Shown here: positions 48,205 to 61,585 of the stretch, piece after piece
How the letters are laid out: every line of letters begins with the position of its first letter
How positions within the stretch are numbered: the first letter of the stretch is position 1
Assembly (NCBI GenBank): GCA_002269645.1
Contig: NIVC01002278.1
Coordinates: 62,001 to 126,000, forward strand
Direction of reading: 5' to 3'
DNA length: 64,000 bases
Origin: Macrostomum lignano
Lineage: Eukaryota
The notes under the pieces: generated by a model
Seen by the model: only the letters and a program-made list of their open reading frames with translations
What the model was told of the DNA's origin: nothing
Databases searched by the model: none
Made by a program: the position numbers and the translations under genes

Positions 48205-50294
48205 CGACAGCCAGCCTCCCCGATCCTCAGGCTGAGCAGCCAGCCTCCTAGATCCTCAGACTGAGCATCCAGCCTCCCAGATCCTCAAGCTGAGCATCCA
48301 GCCTCCCAGATCCTCAGACTGAGCATCCAGCCTCCCAGATCCTCAGGCTGAGCCACAGTCCCAGATCCTCAGGCTGAGCCACAGTCCCAGATCCTCAGGC
48401 TGAGCCACAGTCCCAGATCCTCAGGCTGAGTAGCCAGCCTCCTAGATCCTCAGGCTAAGCAGCCAGCCTCCCAGATCCTCAAACTGAGCATCCAGCCTCC
48501 CAGATCCTCAGACTGAGCATCCAGCCTCCCAGATCCTCAGACTGAGCATCCAGCCTCCCAGATCCTCAGGCTGAGCCACAGTCCCAGATCCTCAGGCTGA
48601 GCCACAGTCCCAGATCCTCAGGCTGAGCCACAGTCCCAGATCCTCAGGCTGAGTAGCCAGCCTCCTAGATCCTCAGGCTAAGCAGCCAGCCTCCCAGATC
48701 CTCAAACTGAGCATCCAGCCTCCCAGATCCTCAGACTGAGCATCCAGCCTCCCAGATCCTCAAACTGAGCATCCAGCCTCCCAGATCCTCAGGCTGAGCA
48801 GCCAGCCTCCCAGATCCTCAAACTGAGCATCCAGCCTCCCAGATCCTCAGACTGAGCATCCAGCCTCCCAGATCCTCAAACTGAGCATCCAGCCTCCCAG
48901 ATCCTCAGACTGAGCATCCAGCCTCCCAGATCCTCAAACTGAGCATCCAGCCTCCCAGATCCTCAGACTGAGCATCCAGCCTCCCAGATCCTCAAACTAA
49001 GCATCCAGCCTCCCAGATCCTCAGACTGAGCATCCAGCCTCCCAGATCCTCAGACTGAGCATCCAGCCTCCCAGATCCTCAGGCTGAGCATCCAGCCTCC
49101 CAGATCCTTAGGCTGAGCCACAATCCCAGATCCTCAGGCTGAGCCACAGTCCCAGATCCTCAGACTGAGCCACAGTCCCAGATCCTCAGGCTGAGCAGCC
49201 AGCCTCCTAGATCCTCAGACTGAGCATCCAGCCTCCCAGATCCTCAAACTGAGCATCCAGCCTCCCAGATCCTCAGACTGAGCATCCAGCCTCCCAGATC
49301 CTCAGGCTGAGCCACAGTCCCAGATCCTCAGGCTGAGCCACAGTCCCAGATCCTCAGGCTGAGCCACAGTCCCAGATCCTCAGGCTGAGCCACAGTCCCA
49401 GATCCTCAGGCTGAGTAGCCAGCCTCCTAGATCCTCAGGCTAAGCAGCCAGCCTCCCAGATCCTCAAACTGAGCATCCAGCCTCCCAGATCCTCAGACTG
49501 AGCATCCAGCCTCCCAGATCCTCAAACTGAGCATCCAGCCTCCCAGATCCTCAGACTGAGCATCCAGCCTCCCAGATCCTCAGACTGAGCATCCAGCCTC
49601 CCAGATCCTCAGACTGAGCATCCAGCCTCCCAGATCCTCAGACTGAGCATCCAGCCTCCCAGATCCTCAGGCTGAGCATCCAGCCTCCCAGATCCTTAGG
49701 CTGAGCCACAATCCCAGATCCTCAGGCTGAGCCACAGTCCCAGATCCTCAGACTGAGCCACAGTCCCAGATCCTCAGGCTGAGCCACAGTCCCAGATCCT
49801 CAGACTGAGCCACAATCCCAGATCCTCAGACTGAGCCACAGTCCCAGATCCTCAGACTGAGCCACAGTCCCAGATCCTCAGGCTGAGCCACAGTCCCAGA
49901 TCCTCAGACTGAGCCACAGTCCCAGATCCTCAGACTGAGCCACAATCCCAGATCCTCAGACTGAGCCACAGTCCCAGATCCTCAGACTGAGCCACAGTCC
50001 CAGATCCTCAGACTGAGCCACAGTCCCAGATCCTCAGGCTGAGCCACAGTCCCAGATCCTCAGACTGAGCCACAGTCCCAGATCCTCAGGCTGAGCCACA
50101 GTCCCAGATCCTCAGACTGAGCCACAATCCCAGATCCTCAGACTGAGCCACAGTCCCAGATCCTCAGACTGAGCCACAGTCCCAGATCCTCAGGCTGAGC
50201 CACAGTCCCAGATCCTCAGGCTGAGCCACAGTCCCAGATCCTCAGACTGAGCCACAGTCCCAGATCCTCAGGCTGAGCCACAGTCCCAGATCCT
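48205..50294. repeat. 2.1-kb satellite mixing 29-bp (cccagatcctcagactgagcatccagcct) and 26-bp (cccagatcctcaggctgagccacagt) units
   Basis: Visible; a 20-bp core is shared by both unit types. Confidence 0.95.
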
Positions 50295-51061
50295 CTAAGT
50301 CGTCAGCCTGATATGACGCCAGTAAGCATACAGTTTAATGTAATTCTCTTTTTCCACTGGATTCCCTAATAAAAGGCGAAGAGCGATGGGCTGAGTGCTT
50401 TGCTAACTGGCTAGATAAAAGCATTGTAATATATTGCTTTATTTAGCTTGCACAGACTAGATTTCCTATCACCACTCAGCGGCACTAATACTGCAGGATT
50501 GCGCTGGCATAGCAGCAGCCCCTGTTGCGTCAATAATTTTATTGATTAATCCCGTATCCCCTGTTGTCAATTCCAAATTCCTATAATTGCTCGCTGGTCC
50601 GTTAATCCTTTGTTTTTTTCACTCTCATTGGAAGCGAATCAGGGTCTCGTGTATTTTTAGCTTAGCCAAGCAGCCTCGCATCTTTCATTTGTTTTATTTC
50701 TTGATTGTATAATTTTTTGCGCACTTATTTAACTAATTACTTTGCTGTGTGTGTGTTGCCTATCGCGCTCTTGTTAATCGCCAACCTTCTATATATTGTT
50801 GGCCTATTGTATTCAACTCTAGAAACCTCTGCTAATATAGGCCTGCTTGATGTCCAGTTTACCGTTTTTTGTTATTCCTTTAATTTATACTGTTCCTTAG
50901 ACCTGCGCACTACTAATAAACTAATTGCAATGAGCTGACCTTTTTATCTTAATTAATTTTACTGCGTGGCGACAACTGTAAACAGGAGTTTCTGCGATGG
51001 CTTTTCTCTTTTATAAGATAACACCTGGTTTTGATGGATTTTGCCATCTCCATCTTGCACC

Positions 51062-51955
51062 CTGTGTCCACCTTCCGCTTCTCTGTGTCCACCTTCCGCT
51101 TCTCTGTGTCCACCTTCCGCTTCTGTGTGTCCACCTTCCTCTTGTGTCCACCTTCCTCTTGTGTCCACCTTCCGCTTCTCTGTGTCCACCTTCCGCTTCT
51201 CTGTGTCCACCTTCCGCTTCTGTGTGTCCACCTTCCGCTTCTGTGTGTCCACCTTCCGCTTCTGTGTGTCCACCTTCCGCTTCTGTGTGTCCACCTTTTG
51301 CTTCTGTGTGTCCACCTTCCGCTTCTGTGTGTCCACCTTCCGCTTCTGTGTGTCCACCTTCCGCTTCTGTGTGTCCACCTTCCGCTTCTGTGTGTCCAAC
51401 TTCCGCTTCTGTGTGTCCACCTTCCGCTTCTGTGTGTCCACCTTCCGCTTCTGTGTGTCCACCTTCCGCTTCTGTGTGTCCACCTTCCGCTTCTGTGTGT
51501 CCACCTTCCGCTTCTGTGTGTCCACCTTTTGCTTCTGTGTGTCCACCTTCCGCTTCTGTGTGTCCAACTTCCGCTTCTCTGTGTTCACCTTCCGCTTCTC
51601 TGTGTCCATCTTCCGCTTCTGTGTGTCCAACTTCCGCTTCTTCCACCTTCCGCTTATGTCTACCTTCCGCTTCTCTGTGTCTACCTTCCGCGTCTCTGTT
51701 TCCACCTTCCGCTTCTGTGTCCACCTTCCGCTTCTGTGTCCACCTTCCGCTTCTGTGTCCACCTTCCGCTTCTGTGTCCACCTTCCGCTTCTGTGTCCAC
51801 CTTCCGCTTCTGTGTCCACCTTCCGCTTCTCTGTGTCTACCTTCCGCGTCTCTGTTTCCACCTTCCGCTTCTGTGTCCACCTTCCGCTTCTGTGTCCACC
51901 TTCCGCGTCTCTGTGTCCACCTTCCGCTTCTCTGTGTCCACCTTCCGCTTCTGTG
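51062..51955. repeat. 19/21-bp minisatellite (gtgtccaccttccgcttct[gt])
   Basis: Visible; source of five spurious ORFs. Confidence 0.95.
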
Positions 51956-52757
51956 TATCTACAGATTCTACATTTCGCTTGTGTCCATCCGCTTATCTGT
52001 GTCAACCTTCAAGCCCTAAAACATCCATTTGCCATCCGTGCAAGCATAGGGGTACAGCATCGCAAATTTATCTCTGTAGTTTCATCAGTGATCTATATTT
52101 AAAAGGGCCGCTATTGGAGGCCTGTGGCTTGAAGTGCATTTTCCCATCTCTGAGTAATGGAATCCCTTGATAATCTGTTTTAAGTCGCAGTGGCCATCTT
52201 GCTGCATAGCCGGCCGGCCCAGTTGATAATGCAAATTATTGTTGTGCACTGTATATAGATAGCTGTCTCTGCAGGCCACAGCCACTCTGTTTTGTCTGGG
52301 TGTTCTGTGGCGAGGCGGGACCAAGCATTGCTGCAGGCCTATTCGAAATCCGGGATTGAAGAGGATAACCCTGTCTGTATCTCTCCGTCTCTCAGTTTGG
52401 TTGTCGGCGCCAGTATAGAGAAATCCCATTTTCCCACGCAGCCAGCCAGCGATCTCCGTCCGCTGCGCCTATAGCCGGCTTCTTATTGATTGATGAAAGT
52501 GCTGCGGGGCGACCGCACGCTTCGGCGAGTCCATGCGACAGTTGGAGAAAGAGGAGAGAGAGAGAGCGGCGCTATGACGCTGAATTGGCCAGTATTATTG
52601 CGTATAGTTTATATAAAATTATATACTGTTTTGAGGCCTTTATTTTTCTATTTCTAATTCAAATAGACTTGATAAAATATATCTAACTGGGCTATTGGCG
52701 CTATACTTACTTATTCTGCTAGGAGTGAATAGACTTGCACTTTTGCTTGATTTAGAT

Positions 52758-52941
52758 CAGGGTTCGGCAAAGTTAAACTTTTGCCTCGGGGGGCCAGATA
52801 GAGAATCTAGCGCGTATGACTGCGGGCCAGAGGAGAGGAGAGAGTAGATAAGAGAGCTGAGAAAAGACAAACCTTAGGGGGGCGGATAGAGAGGCTTCGC
52901 TGGCCGCATGCGACCCGCGGACCGGAGTTCGCTGACCCCTG
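52758..52941 (+). mobile_element. hAT MITE copy 3 (short)
   Basis: cagggttcggcaaag...ggagttcgctgacccctg; TSD atttagat / attaagat. Confidence 0.82.
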
Positions 52942-53214
52942 ATTAAGATCAAGAAGAAAGAGAGAAGCGATTTATCTTAGCGATAATAATATCTCTTTGA
53001 GAGAGCTCCGGTTCTGATTGCTTGACATCGCCATTGTTTTGCCAGCCTTGCAGTCAAAGAGCACGATCGCATTGCAACGCAGATCGATAATCCGCGCCCA
53101 GGTAATTCATCCCAGTCGGCTTGACGTGAAAAAGGCGCTCGCAAGAAATTGTTTAGCATGCCGTCAGATCCGGGTTTTGAGTACTCAGATGCGTTGTCAG
53201 GACTTTCCAGACCA

Positions 53215-53327
53215 GAGAGGTCCGGCCCCTTGGGTCCTTTGAAACTTCACAATAGCAAACCGGCTCACTCAAGCTTTGCGTCTCTTCAAGTCAAGGCCCT
53301 TGACGTGAACAAGTTAGCCGACCCCTG
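53215..53327 (-). mobile_element. hAT MITE copy 4, partial and inverted
   Basis: tttgaaacttcacaatagcaaaccggc is the reverse complement of the family core; ends gccgacccctg|atctagac. Confidence 0.7.
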
Positions 53328-53903
53328 ATCTAGACAACTCTTTTCTGCTTCCTGAGTTCACGCCGCGGTTCGTCTCCGACCCCCCCCCCCCGATCCGTTG
53401 TCAGTCAATATGAGAATCGATTATGCGAACTGGCGTTGAATTTTTGGTCCGGAAATTTCAATTTCTATGCCGTAACTGAGAACTTAGTTAGGGCAGGGGG
53501 GCACTGCTGGCTGAATAAAGAGAGCTTGGAGAGCTCAGACGGTGCTCCCAGACCCAATTTGTTCGCTCCGGCCTCCGGCCAATCAGAGCCAAAGCAATTC
53601 CTCAATAGCTAGCTGAAGCAGAGAGCGGCCAACCAGTGGCCATTCCTGCATGGAAATATCCCAACAGGACTGCAACGGATTCACTGGCCAGTATAAAAGC
53701 TTGTAAAAATTATAGAGCCTAAAAGTTCTAGACAGTTTTAATCTGCAGAACCAATTCAAATTTAAAGCGTTGATTGCACTTTACACAGAATAGCGGCTGT
53801 CATGGATGATGCTGTGCATGACAATTCAACTAGCCTGTGAGTTTACTGCGCTGCTCAAAAATGCTTGCTTGATTTTGAGCTCCGTCACTTTCAGTCCCAG
53901 CAG

Positions 53904-54505
53904 TGCATTGGATAGTCCAGCAGCACTTTGGAAGTCCTTGGCGATGTAGAAGCTCTAGTAATGCCACCTTATTTACCTTAATCCATTGGACAGTCCAGCA
54001 GCACTTTGGAAGTCCTTGGCGATGTAGAAGCTTTAATATGGATCTTGAATCCATTGGACAGTCCAGCAGCACTTTGGAAGTCCTTGGCGATGTAGAAGCT
54101 GACTTATCTACCTTGAATCCATTGGATAGTCCAGCAGCACTTTGGAAGTCCTTGGCGATGTAGAAGCTTTAATGTGGATTTTGAATCCATTGGACAGTCC
54201 AGCAGCACTTTGGAAGTCCTTGGCGATGTAGAAGCTTTAATATGGATCTTGAATCCATTGGATAGTCCAGCAGCACTTTGGAAGTCCTTGGCGTTGTAGA
54301 AGCTTTAATATGGATCTTGAATCTATTGGACAGTCCAGCAGCACTTTGGAAGTCCTTGGCGATGTAGAAGCTTTAATATGGATCTTGAATCCATTGGAAA
54401 GTCCAGCAGCACTTTGGAAGTCCTTGGCGTTGTAGAAGCTTTAATATGGATCTTGAATCTATTGGATAGTCCAGCAGCACTTTGGAAGTCCTTGGCAGTG
54501 TAGAA
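53904..54505. repeat. 68-bp tandem repeat, about 9 copies
   Basis: ccattggacagtccagcagcactttggaagtccttggcgatgtagaagc recurs at about 68-bp spacing. Confidence 0.93.
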
Positions 54506-55450
54506 GCTTCAGTAATGCAGTTCGAATCCGATCGGTAGTTATTCGTAAGATGTCCATGGCAATCCAGTTTTAGCAAGTTTATTAGGCCGCAGTTTTGGTC
54601 AGCAACGAGCAGCTGGAATTCGATCGAATTGCTAATCCGCGGCTTCCCGGCCAAGCTGGATTCGAAAATCCCGCGTCCGGTGCTGAAGAGTACAAATCCG
54701 CGATCTAAGGTCTATACGCGACCCCCCCCCTGTTTTTGTTGTTTTCCTCACTGCTCGCTCTGCCTCGAATGTCGAATGTTGTTCGACATCGCCAGCTGCG
54801 AGGCAAGCGCCGCGGGTTTTCAATTCGAATATTCATCCCCCTCCTGAGCCCCGCTGAGGGGGGAGCGCTTGAAAATCGAAAGGAAGACTAGAGAGAAAAA
54901 ATGAGGTAAAATCAACAGAAGCCGCCCGCCAGCGTTTCAATTAGGACCTCCGGAGAGACGGGAGGAAAGGCGGTCATGTGGGGAATAAATGAGCTCATGG
55001 GGATTCCTCATCTACCTTTGTCCTGATTCATTAGACAAATTAGTTCAAAAAATATCAGACTAATAACTGCTGCCGTACCTTGAAACGCTGGCGGTTAAAA
55101 AAATGTCTGTAGACTGCATTCTGTAGATCAAGGACAGAAGAAACCATGAGGGGCTCTTGTCGCATCGCATGTATTTCTATCACGCGACTGCCGACCTTGC
55201 TTCAAATCAGAATTGCCGCCCTTGTTATCAAGAGCTTAAATAAGTCTTCCTTTCAATTTTTCGCAAACTTCGGCTCCTACTAATTTCCATCTTTTGTTTA
55301 ATTGCAAACAAAGGTCAGGGCGGTAAATTAATAGGTCGACGCCTTCGACGGGTGCAGAGTCAGTCGATTTGGGACTTTTTGCTCGACTGCTGATTTTATT
55401 CGATTATAATTTGCTTCTGTTGCTTTCGCATCTCTCGGTTTTGTTGCTCT

Positions 55451-56095
55451 GAAGCTTGACAGCTTGGAAGCTTGACAGCTTGGAAGCTTGACAGCTTGGA
55501 AGCTTGACAGCTTGGAAGCTTGACAGCTTGGAAGCTTGACAGCTTGGAAGCTTGACAGCTTGGAAGCTTGACAGCTTGGAAGCTTGACAGCTTGGAAGCT
55601 TGACAGCTTGGAAGCTTGACAGCTTGGAAGCTTGACAGCTTGGAAGCTTGACAGCTTGGAAGCTTGACAGCTTGGAAGCTTGACAGCTTGGAAGCTTGAC
55701 AGCTTGGAAGCTTGACAGCTTGGAAGCTTGACAGCTTGGAAGCTTGACAGCTTGGAAGCTTGACAGCTTGGAAGCTTGACAGCTTGGAAGCTTGACAGCT
55801 TGGAAGCTTGACAGCTTGGAAGCTTGACAGCTTGGAAGCTTGACAGCTTGGAAGCTTGACAGCTTGGAAGCTTAACAGCTTGGAAGCTTGACAGCTTGGA
55901 AGCTTGACAGCTTGGAAGCTTGACAGCTTGGAAGCTTGACAGCTTGGAAGCTTGACAGCTTGGAAGCTTGACAGCTTGGAAGCTTGACAGCTTGGAAGCT
56001 TGACAGCTTGGAAGCTTGACAGCTTGGAAGCTTGACAGCTTGGAAACTTGACAGCTTGGAAGCTTGACAGCTTGGAAACTTGACAGCTTGCAGCT
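55451..56095. repeat. 16-bp minisatellite (gaagcttgacagcttg), about 40 near-perfect copies
   Basis: Visible. Confidence 0.96.
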
Positions 56096-56454
56096 TCGAG
56101 AACCTAGAATCCCGAAAACATGATCCATGAAGATTCCGAAATTTCTTTAAACTAGAATTACTGCTTTGGATCCCTGAATTTGGACTGGCACGGACCAAAA
56201 TGAACGCGAGCTAAAGACAAGGGAACTTTCTAGTCTAAAAGTAAAATTATAAGCCAAGAGAAATCTCAGCCTTGTCTCACTTTCTTGGCTTTGTGTGACG
56301 TTTGCATGGCCACTTCAAAGCCTCTAATTACATTCTATAAGTTCTATTTGGCTGCCATTAATAAAGTACCTATTAATCTGATCTTTTAAACTGCTAGCAC
56401 TGGCTGGTAAGAATATGCAATCTTGTGCAAGAAATATTCCCTGCACCACAATGT

Positions 56455-56760
<306 letters not shown>

Positions 56761-56865
56761 TTCGCCATGATGCTCGCAGCCTCACCCCAAATTCATTCAA
56801 GCCCGTACTTGTTATACATTACTCCCCAGTCCCCATAGCAACCAATATATCTCTTCTCGTCGCAG

Positions 56866-59839
56866 TCTCTCGGGCAAAGCCGGCCTCGAAGCCATCCTGC
56901 CGGCCTTCGTGGGCCTTGAGATGACCCTGGCCGGCCTGATCGCGCTGTTTGGCATCGCCGGCAACATCCTCACCATCCTGGTGCTGCGGGTGCCCAACCT
57001 GAGGAAGACCAGCACAGCATTCTACTTTGCCGCTTTGGCCTCCGTTGACATCCTGGTGCTGCTGATCGGCCCGACAGTCAAGGCGGTGTCGGCGGCCGTA
57101 TTCGAGTCCAACAGGCACATCCGGGACATCGGCACTGTCGCCTGCAAGCTGGTTCTCTACCTCAATTACTCGTCATCGCAGATCAGCGCCTGGGTGCTCG
57201 TGGCCGTCACCATCGACCGCGCCATCTGGGTGCTGCTGCCGTTCCAGGCCCGCCAGCTCTGCACCGTCAAGCGGGCCGCTATTGTGGTGGCCGCCATCTG
57301 CTTTCTGGTCTGCTGTATCAACTCGCAGGTAGCTATTGGCTTGAGTGCCCACCTGCTTATCTGTGCCAGCCTTATCTGTGCCAGCCTTATCTGTGCCACA
57401 CCTCCTTATCTGTGCCACACCTCCTTATCTGTGCCACACCTTATCTGTGCTACACCTATCTGTGCCACATCTCCTTATCAGTGCCACATCTCCTTATCTG
57501 TGCCACATCTCCTTATCTGTGCCACATCTCCTTATCTGTGCCACATCTCCTTATCTGTGCCACACCTTATCTGTGCTACACCTATCTGTGCCACATCTCC
57601 TTATCTGTGCCACATCTCCTTACTGTGCCACATCTCCTTATCAGTGCCACATCTCCTTATCTGTGCCACATCTCCTTATCTGTGCCACATCTTCTTATCT
57701 GTGCCACATTTCCTTATCTGTGCCACACCTTATCTGTGCTACACCTTATCTGTGCTACACCTTATCTGTGCTACACCTTATCTGTGCTACACCTTATCTG
57801 TGCTACACCTTATCTGTGCTACACCTTATCTGTGCCACACCTTATCTGTGCCACTACTCATCTGTGCCACATGAGTTGCCAATGCAAGCTCATGGGAGTG
57901 GTGGAAATTTTCAGTACAAGCGCAGAGAGAGAAGACTGGGCAAACACGATAGCAAACATCGCGGGCTAAGCAAGTTTGCTCGACGAAATTCTATACTAAA
58001 TTTATCCCAACAATGCCTCTTTTGCTTCCTTGGTTTCTTAGTTGCCGGGTCGAAGGCTTTGAAACTTATCATATTTTTTCCACTCAATATGCAAGTAGAA
58101 TAACCTGTGCAATACTTCTGTTCTATGTGAAGCCAAATAATACAAGTCGCAAAAAGTCCAAAGCAATTCTGGCTAAAAGCAACAACTGCAAAGCAGATTG
58201 AATCAGTCAGATCTTATCCGGAGCCCTCTTTGAGCCATGGATATCCCTATTCTTTTCTTTCCGACTCGTCCCCAGACCCTCAGCTTCAGCTTTGAATAAT
58301 TAGCGAGTCGCTCGCCTAGTTGGGCCTTCAAAAAAGTCTTACCGAACTCGCCCATGGTTGAAACCTGACTCCCAATGCTGCGCACCAGCTCCCAGCATGA
58401 ATTAATAATTAGCACCAGATGCTGCCTCCCCCGGCCCCGTCCGCGCGCAAAAAATCTTCCCAATTTCCCCAAACTTCCCAGAAAATAAGGCAGAAATTAT
58501 TGGAAATTTCCTTTCCTTTTTTGCTTTTGCTTTGCTGTTAAGCTTTTCTTAAAATCGCAGAAAGCTTCTCTGTGTTATTCCTGGGTTGGACTACTGATGT
58601 AAGTGCAGATTTTAGTTAACCGGCTGCATACAGTACAGAGGCTGGAATGTCTGAGGTTGGTTATGTTCGGATTCCAAAGACACGATTCTGTAGCTCAATA
58701 ATTCCAAATGCCTGTAATTGCAGGTAATCCACGTAAAATATGGACGATCATTTGATTCCAACAAAAATTGACGCATAAAGAAGCCTACGGAGAGAATCTG
58801 CCTCTCCAGGCCGCAACCCGTCAGAGCGTTGACTGTATGGAATCGCTTGGACAGATTCACTTTCAGAGAATCGCCCTCCATTAGAGAATCGCCCTTCGCC
58901 AGAGAATCGCCCTCCGCCAGAGAATCGCCCTCCATTAGAGAATCGCCCTTCGCCAGAGAATCGCCCTCCGCCAGAGAATCGCCCTCCATTAGAGAATCGC
59001 CCTCCATTAAAGAATCGCCCTCCCAAAATCAGTCTCCGCCAGACTCCCCATGATCCAATACCAGCCTTACCAAACGCCTCGTACACTGAAGCAACCCACA
59101 CCGCCTGCTTCCTCCCCTCCAGGTGATGCTCCACGCGAACATGATTCAGCGCGAAAACCTGAGCATCTGCCACCTGCACGATCCCATCATTAGGCACACG
59201 TACGTGACCTACATTGACCCCGGCCTGGTGACCATCGGTCCGTTCCTAATCATGCTGGCAGCCAACCTGTTGATTGTGCGCAAACTCCGCCAGGTGCGCG
59301 CCCGCCGCGAGACCAGCCTCAACAAGCAGCACCGCAGCGGCAGCGGCCGCAACCTGACCCGGATGCTGCTGTGCACGAACTTCTTCTACTTGTTGTCCTC
59401 GCTGCCCTACCTCCTGCTCATGCTGCTGCTCAAAGAGAAACGCGTGGAGATAATGAGCAGGCCGGTACTGCTGAACGTGGTGTACCTCATCCAGATCCTG
59501 TGCTACTCCATGTTCAACCTCAACTACGCCATCCACTTCCTGCTCTACTGCCTGGCCGGGCCGGCCTTCAAAGCTGAAGCCTTCCGCATTCTCGGCATCC
59601 GGCAGAGCGCGGCCGCCGCCGCCACCTCCCAGAGGGGCCGAAGCAGCGCCGACGGTGGCAAGTCGGCGGCTGCTGGCGGCTGCCGCGAGTTGGCCAGCCA
59701 GTCCTGCCATCAGGGCGAGCTGCAGGAGCTGCAGCCGGAGGAGGACAAGGAGAATTTGATGGCGGAGGCACCCAGCCGGCAGCCGGAGGAGATGGAGCTG
59801 CTGCCGGTGTCTGTCAATCAGTCAGGTGGTGCGGTGTAA
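56866..59839 (+). CDS. Rhodopsin-family peptide-type GPCR (FMRFamide/sex-peptide-receptor-like), 5'-partial: join(<56866..57328,59123..59839)
   Basis: TM1 FGIAGNILT, TM2 LASVDILVL, TM3 CKL..SAWVLVAVTIDRA, TM5 IGPFLIMLAAN, TM6 LSSLPY, TM7 LNYAIHFLLYCLAGPAFK. Phase-0 intron CAG|GTAGC..ccag|GTG. Acceptor cgcag at 56865; the N-terminal exon was not located. Confidence 0.9.
57352..57872. repeat. cttatctgtgccac-based minisatellite (about 18-20 bp), GPCR intron
   Basis: Begins about 24 nt after the donor. Confidence 0.92.
58865..59022. repeat. 18-bp repeat (agagaatcgccctccatt / ..gcc), GPCR intron
   Basis: Visible. Confidence 0.9.
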
Positions 59840-60789
59840 ACACCTGATCGACACCTGACGACTGTCGGTCACTATGGCCTCGGCTTTCTGTTTAATCGAA
59901 TAATTGATTTCTTATGTGACAAGATTACAACTCACAGGTTGGAGCGCTTGTACACCGCGCCAGCATTACATGCGCAACACCGATCCAAAAATCGCAAAGT
60001 CACAAAAATGGCCACCCGAAAATAGACGGAGTACTAATTAGATGACGAAGCTTTAGCCTTAATTAAGACAGTTATTTACTCCCGCCGTTCACCCAAAATT
60101 ACGTTAACTTTGCTTACGTTTCTTTCATAGGTAAGTCGCATTTTTTGTCAAAAAGTAAGTCTTAAGGCCACCCTTGCTTCGGGTCCATATTTCTCATATT
60201 ACTATTTTTCTTGACAATCGCAACTGTACTTAAAATCACTACTAATGTAGCATAGCAGTCAATTTGACTCTGTTTCACACACACACACCCCTTGAATTGC
60301 ACCAGTCGGTCAATGAAACTTTGAAATTCAATTTCAAATTATCAGTAAACTTTTTTTGGCACAGTGAACCGCCCTCACCTTCCGTTCATTTTATTGCTGT
60401 GAATCTTCTGATCGAGAAGATGAAATAAAATATACACGGACTTTTCAACTAATTGAAGTTCAGTTGGGTGCGTTTGAATAGCTCGTAGCTGTCATATTTG
60501 CTGGCCAGCTTGTCCGCACCAAATTAGACAGTGCCATATATTAATAATATTCATTAGACTGATTGGTTATTGTTGCTATGCTAGTATTGTGTGCAAAACC
60601 TGTCTAACACCCCCGATGCTGCTACGGCTGGAGATGCTGACTTGGTTAGAAGTATCAGACCAGATCTCAGGCTATGACTGCCGTTCTGCATTGCTCTGCC
60701 TTTTAGTTAAAATCTCCCAGAGCTCTTGCAAGAGTTTGTGGTGGCGACTGGCGATTGAAAACTGGGAATTCTTCGGGTGGGATTTCTCC

Positions 60790-61585
60790 CAAACACAAGA
60801 AGTGGGATTCTTCCCAATGAGAGGTGGGGAATCTTCCCATACACAGTGAGAGGTGGGGATTCTTCCCAAACACAGAGAGAGGTGGAATTCTTCCCAAACA
60901 CAGAGAGAGGTGGGGATTCTTCCCAAACACAGAGAGAGGTGGGATTCTTCCCAAACACAGAGAGAGGTGGAATTCTTCCCAAACACAGAGAGAGGTGGGA
61001 TTCTTCCCAAACACAGAGAGAGGTGGTGATTCTTCCCAAACACAGAGAGAGGTGGGATTCTTCCCAAACACAGAGAGAGGTGGGATTCTTCCCAGATGCA
61101 GAGAGAGGTGGGATTCTTCCCACATGCAGAGAGAGGTGGGATTCTTCCCAAACACAGAGAGAGGTGGAATTCTTCCCAAACACAGAGAGAGGTGGGGATT
61201 CTTCCCAAACACAGAGAGAGGTGGGATTCTTCCCAAACACAGAGAGAGGTGGAATTCTTCCCAAACACAGAGAGAGGTGGGATTCTTCCCAAACACAGAG
61301 AGAGGTGGGATTCTTCCCAAACACAGAGAGAGGTGGGATTCTTCCCAAACACAGAGAGAGGTGGGATTCTTCCCATATGCAGAGAGAGGTGGGGATTCTT
61401 CCCAAACACAGAGAGAGGTGGGATTCTTCCCATATGCAGAGAGAGGTGGGGATTCTTCCCAAACACAGAGAGAGGTGGGATTCTTCCCAAACACAGAGAG
61501 AGGTGGGATTCTTCCCATATGCAGAGAGGTGGGGATTCTTCCCAAACACAGAGAGAGGTGGGGATTCTTCCTGAACACAGAGAGA
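60790..61585. repeat. 28-29-bp minisatellite (gagaggtgggattcttcccaaacacaga)
   Basis: Visible. Confidence 0.95.

Noticed and set aside
56415-56452. ATG CAA TCT TGT... as the first GPCR exon
   Set aside because: The phase could fit, but the donor (GTCTCT) is poor and merges into the TCTG repeat; unsupported without transcripts.
60790-61585. NF-kB or Su(H)-like sites in the 28-bp repeat (GGGATTCTTCCC)
   Set aside because: Only loose consensus matches; not enough to claim regulation.
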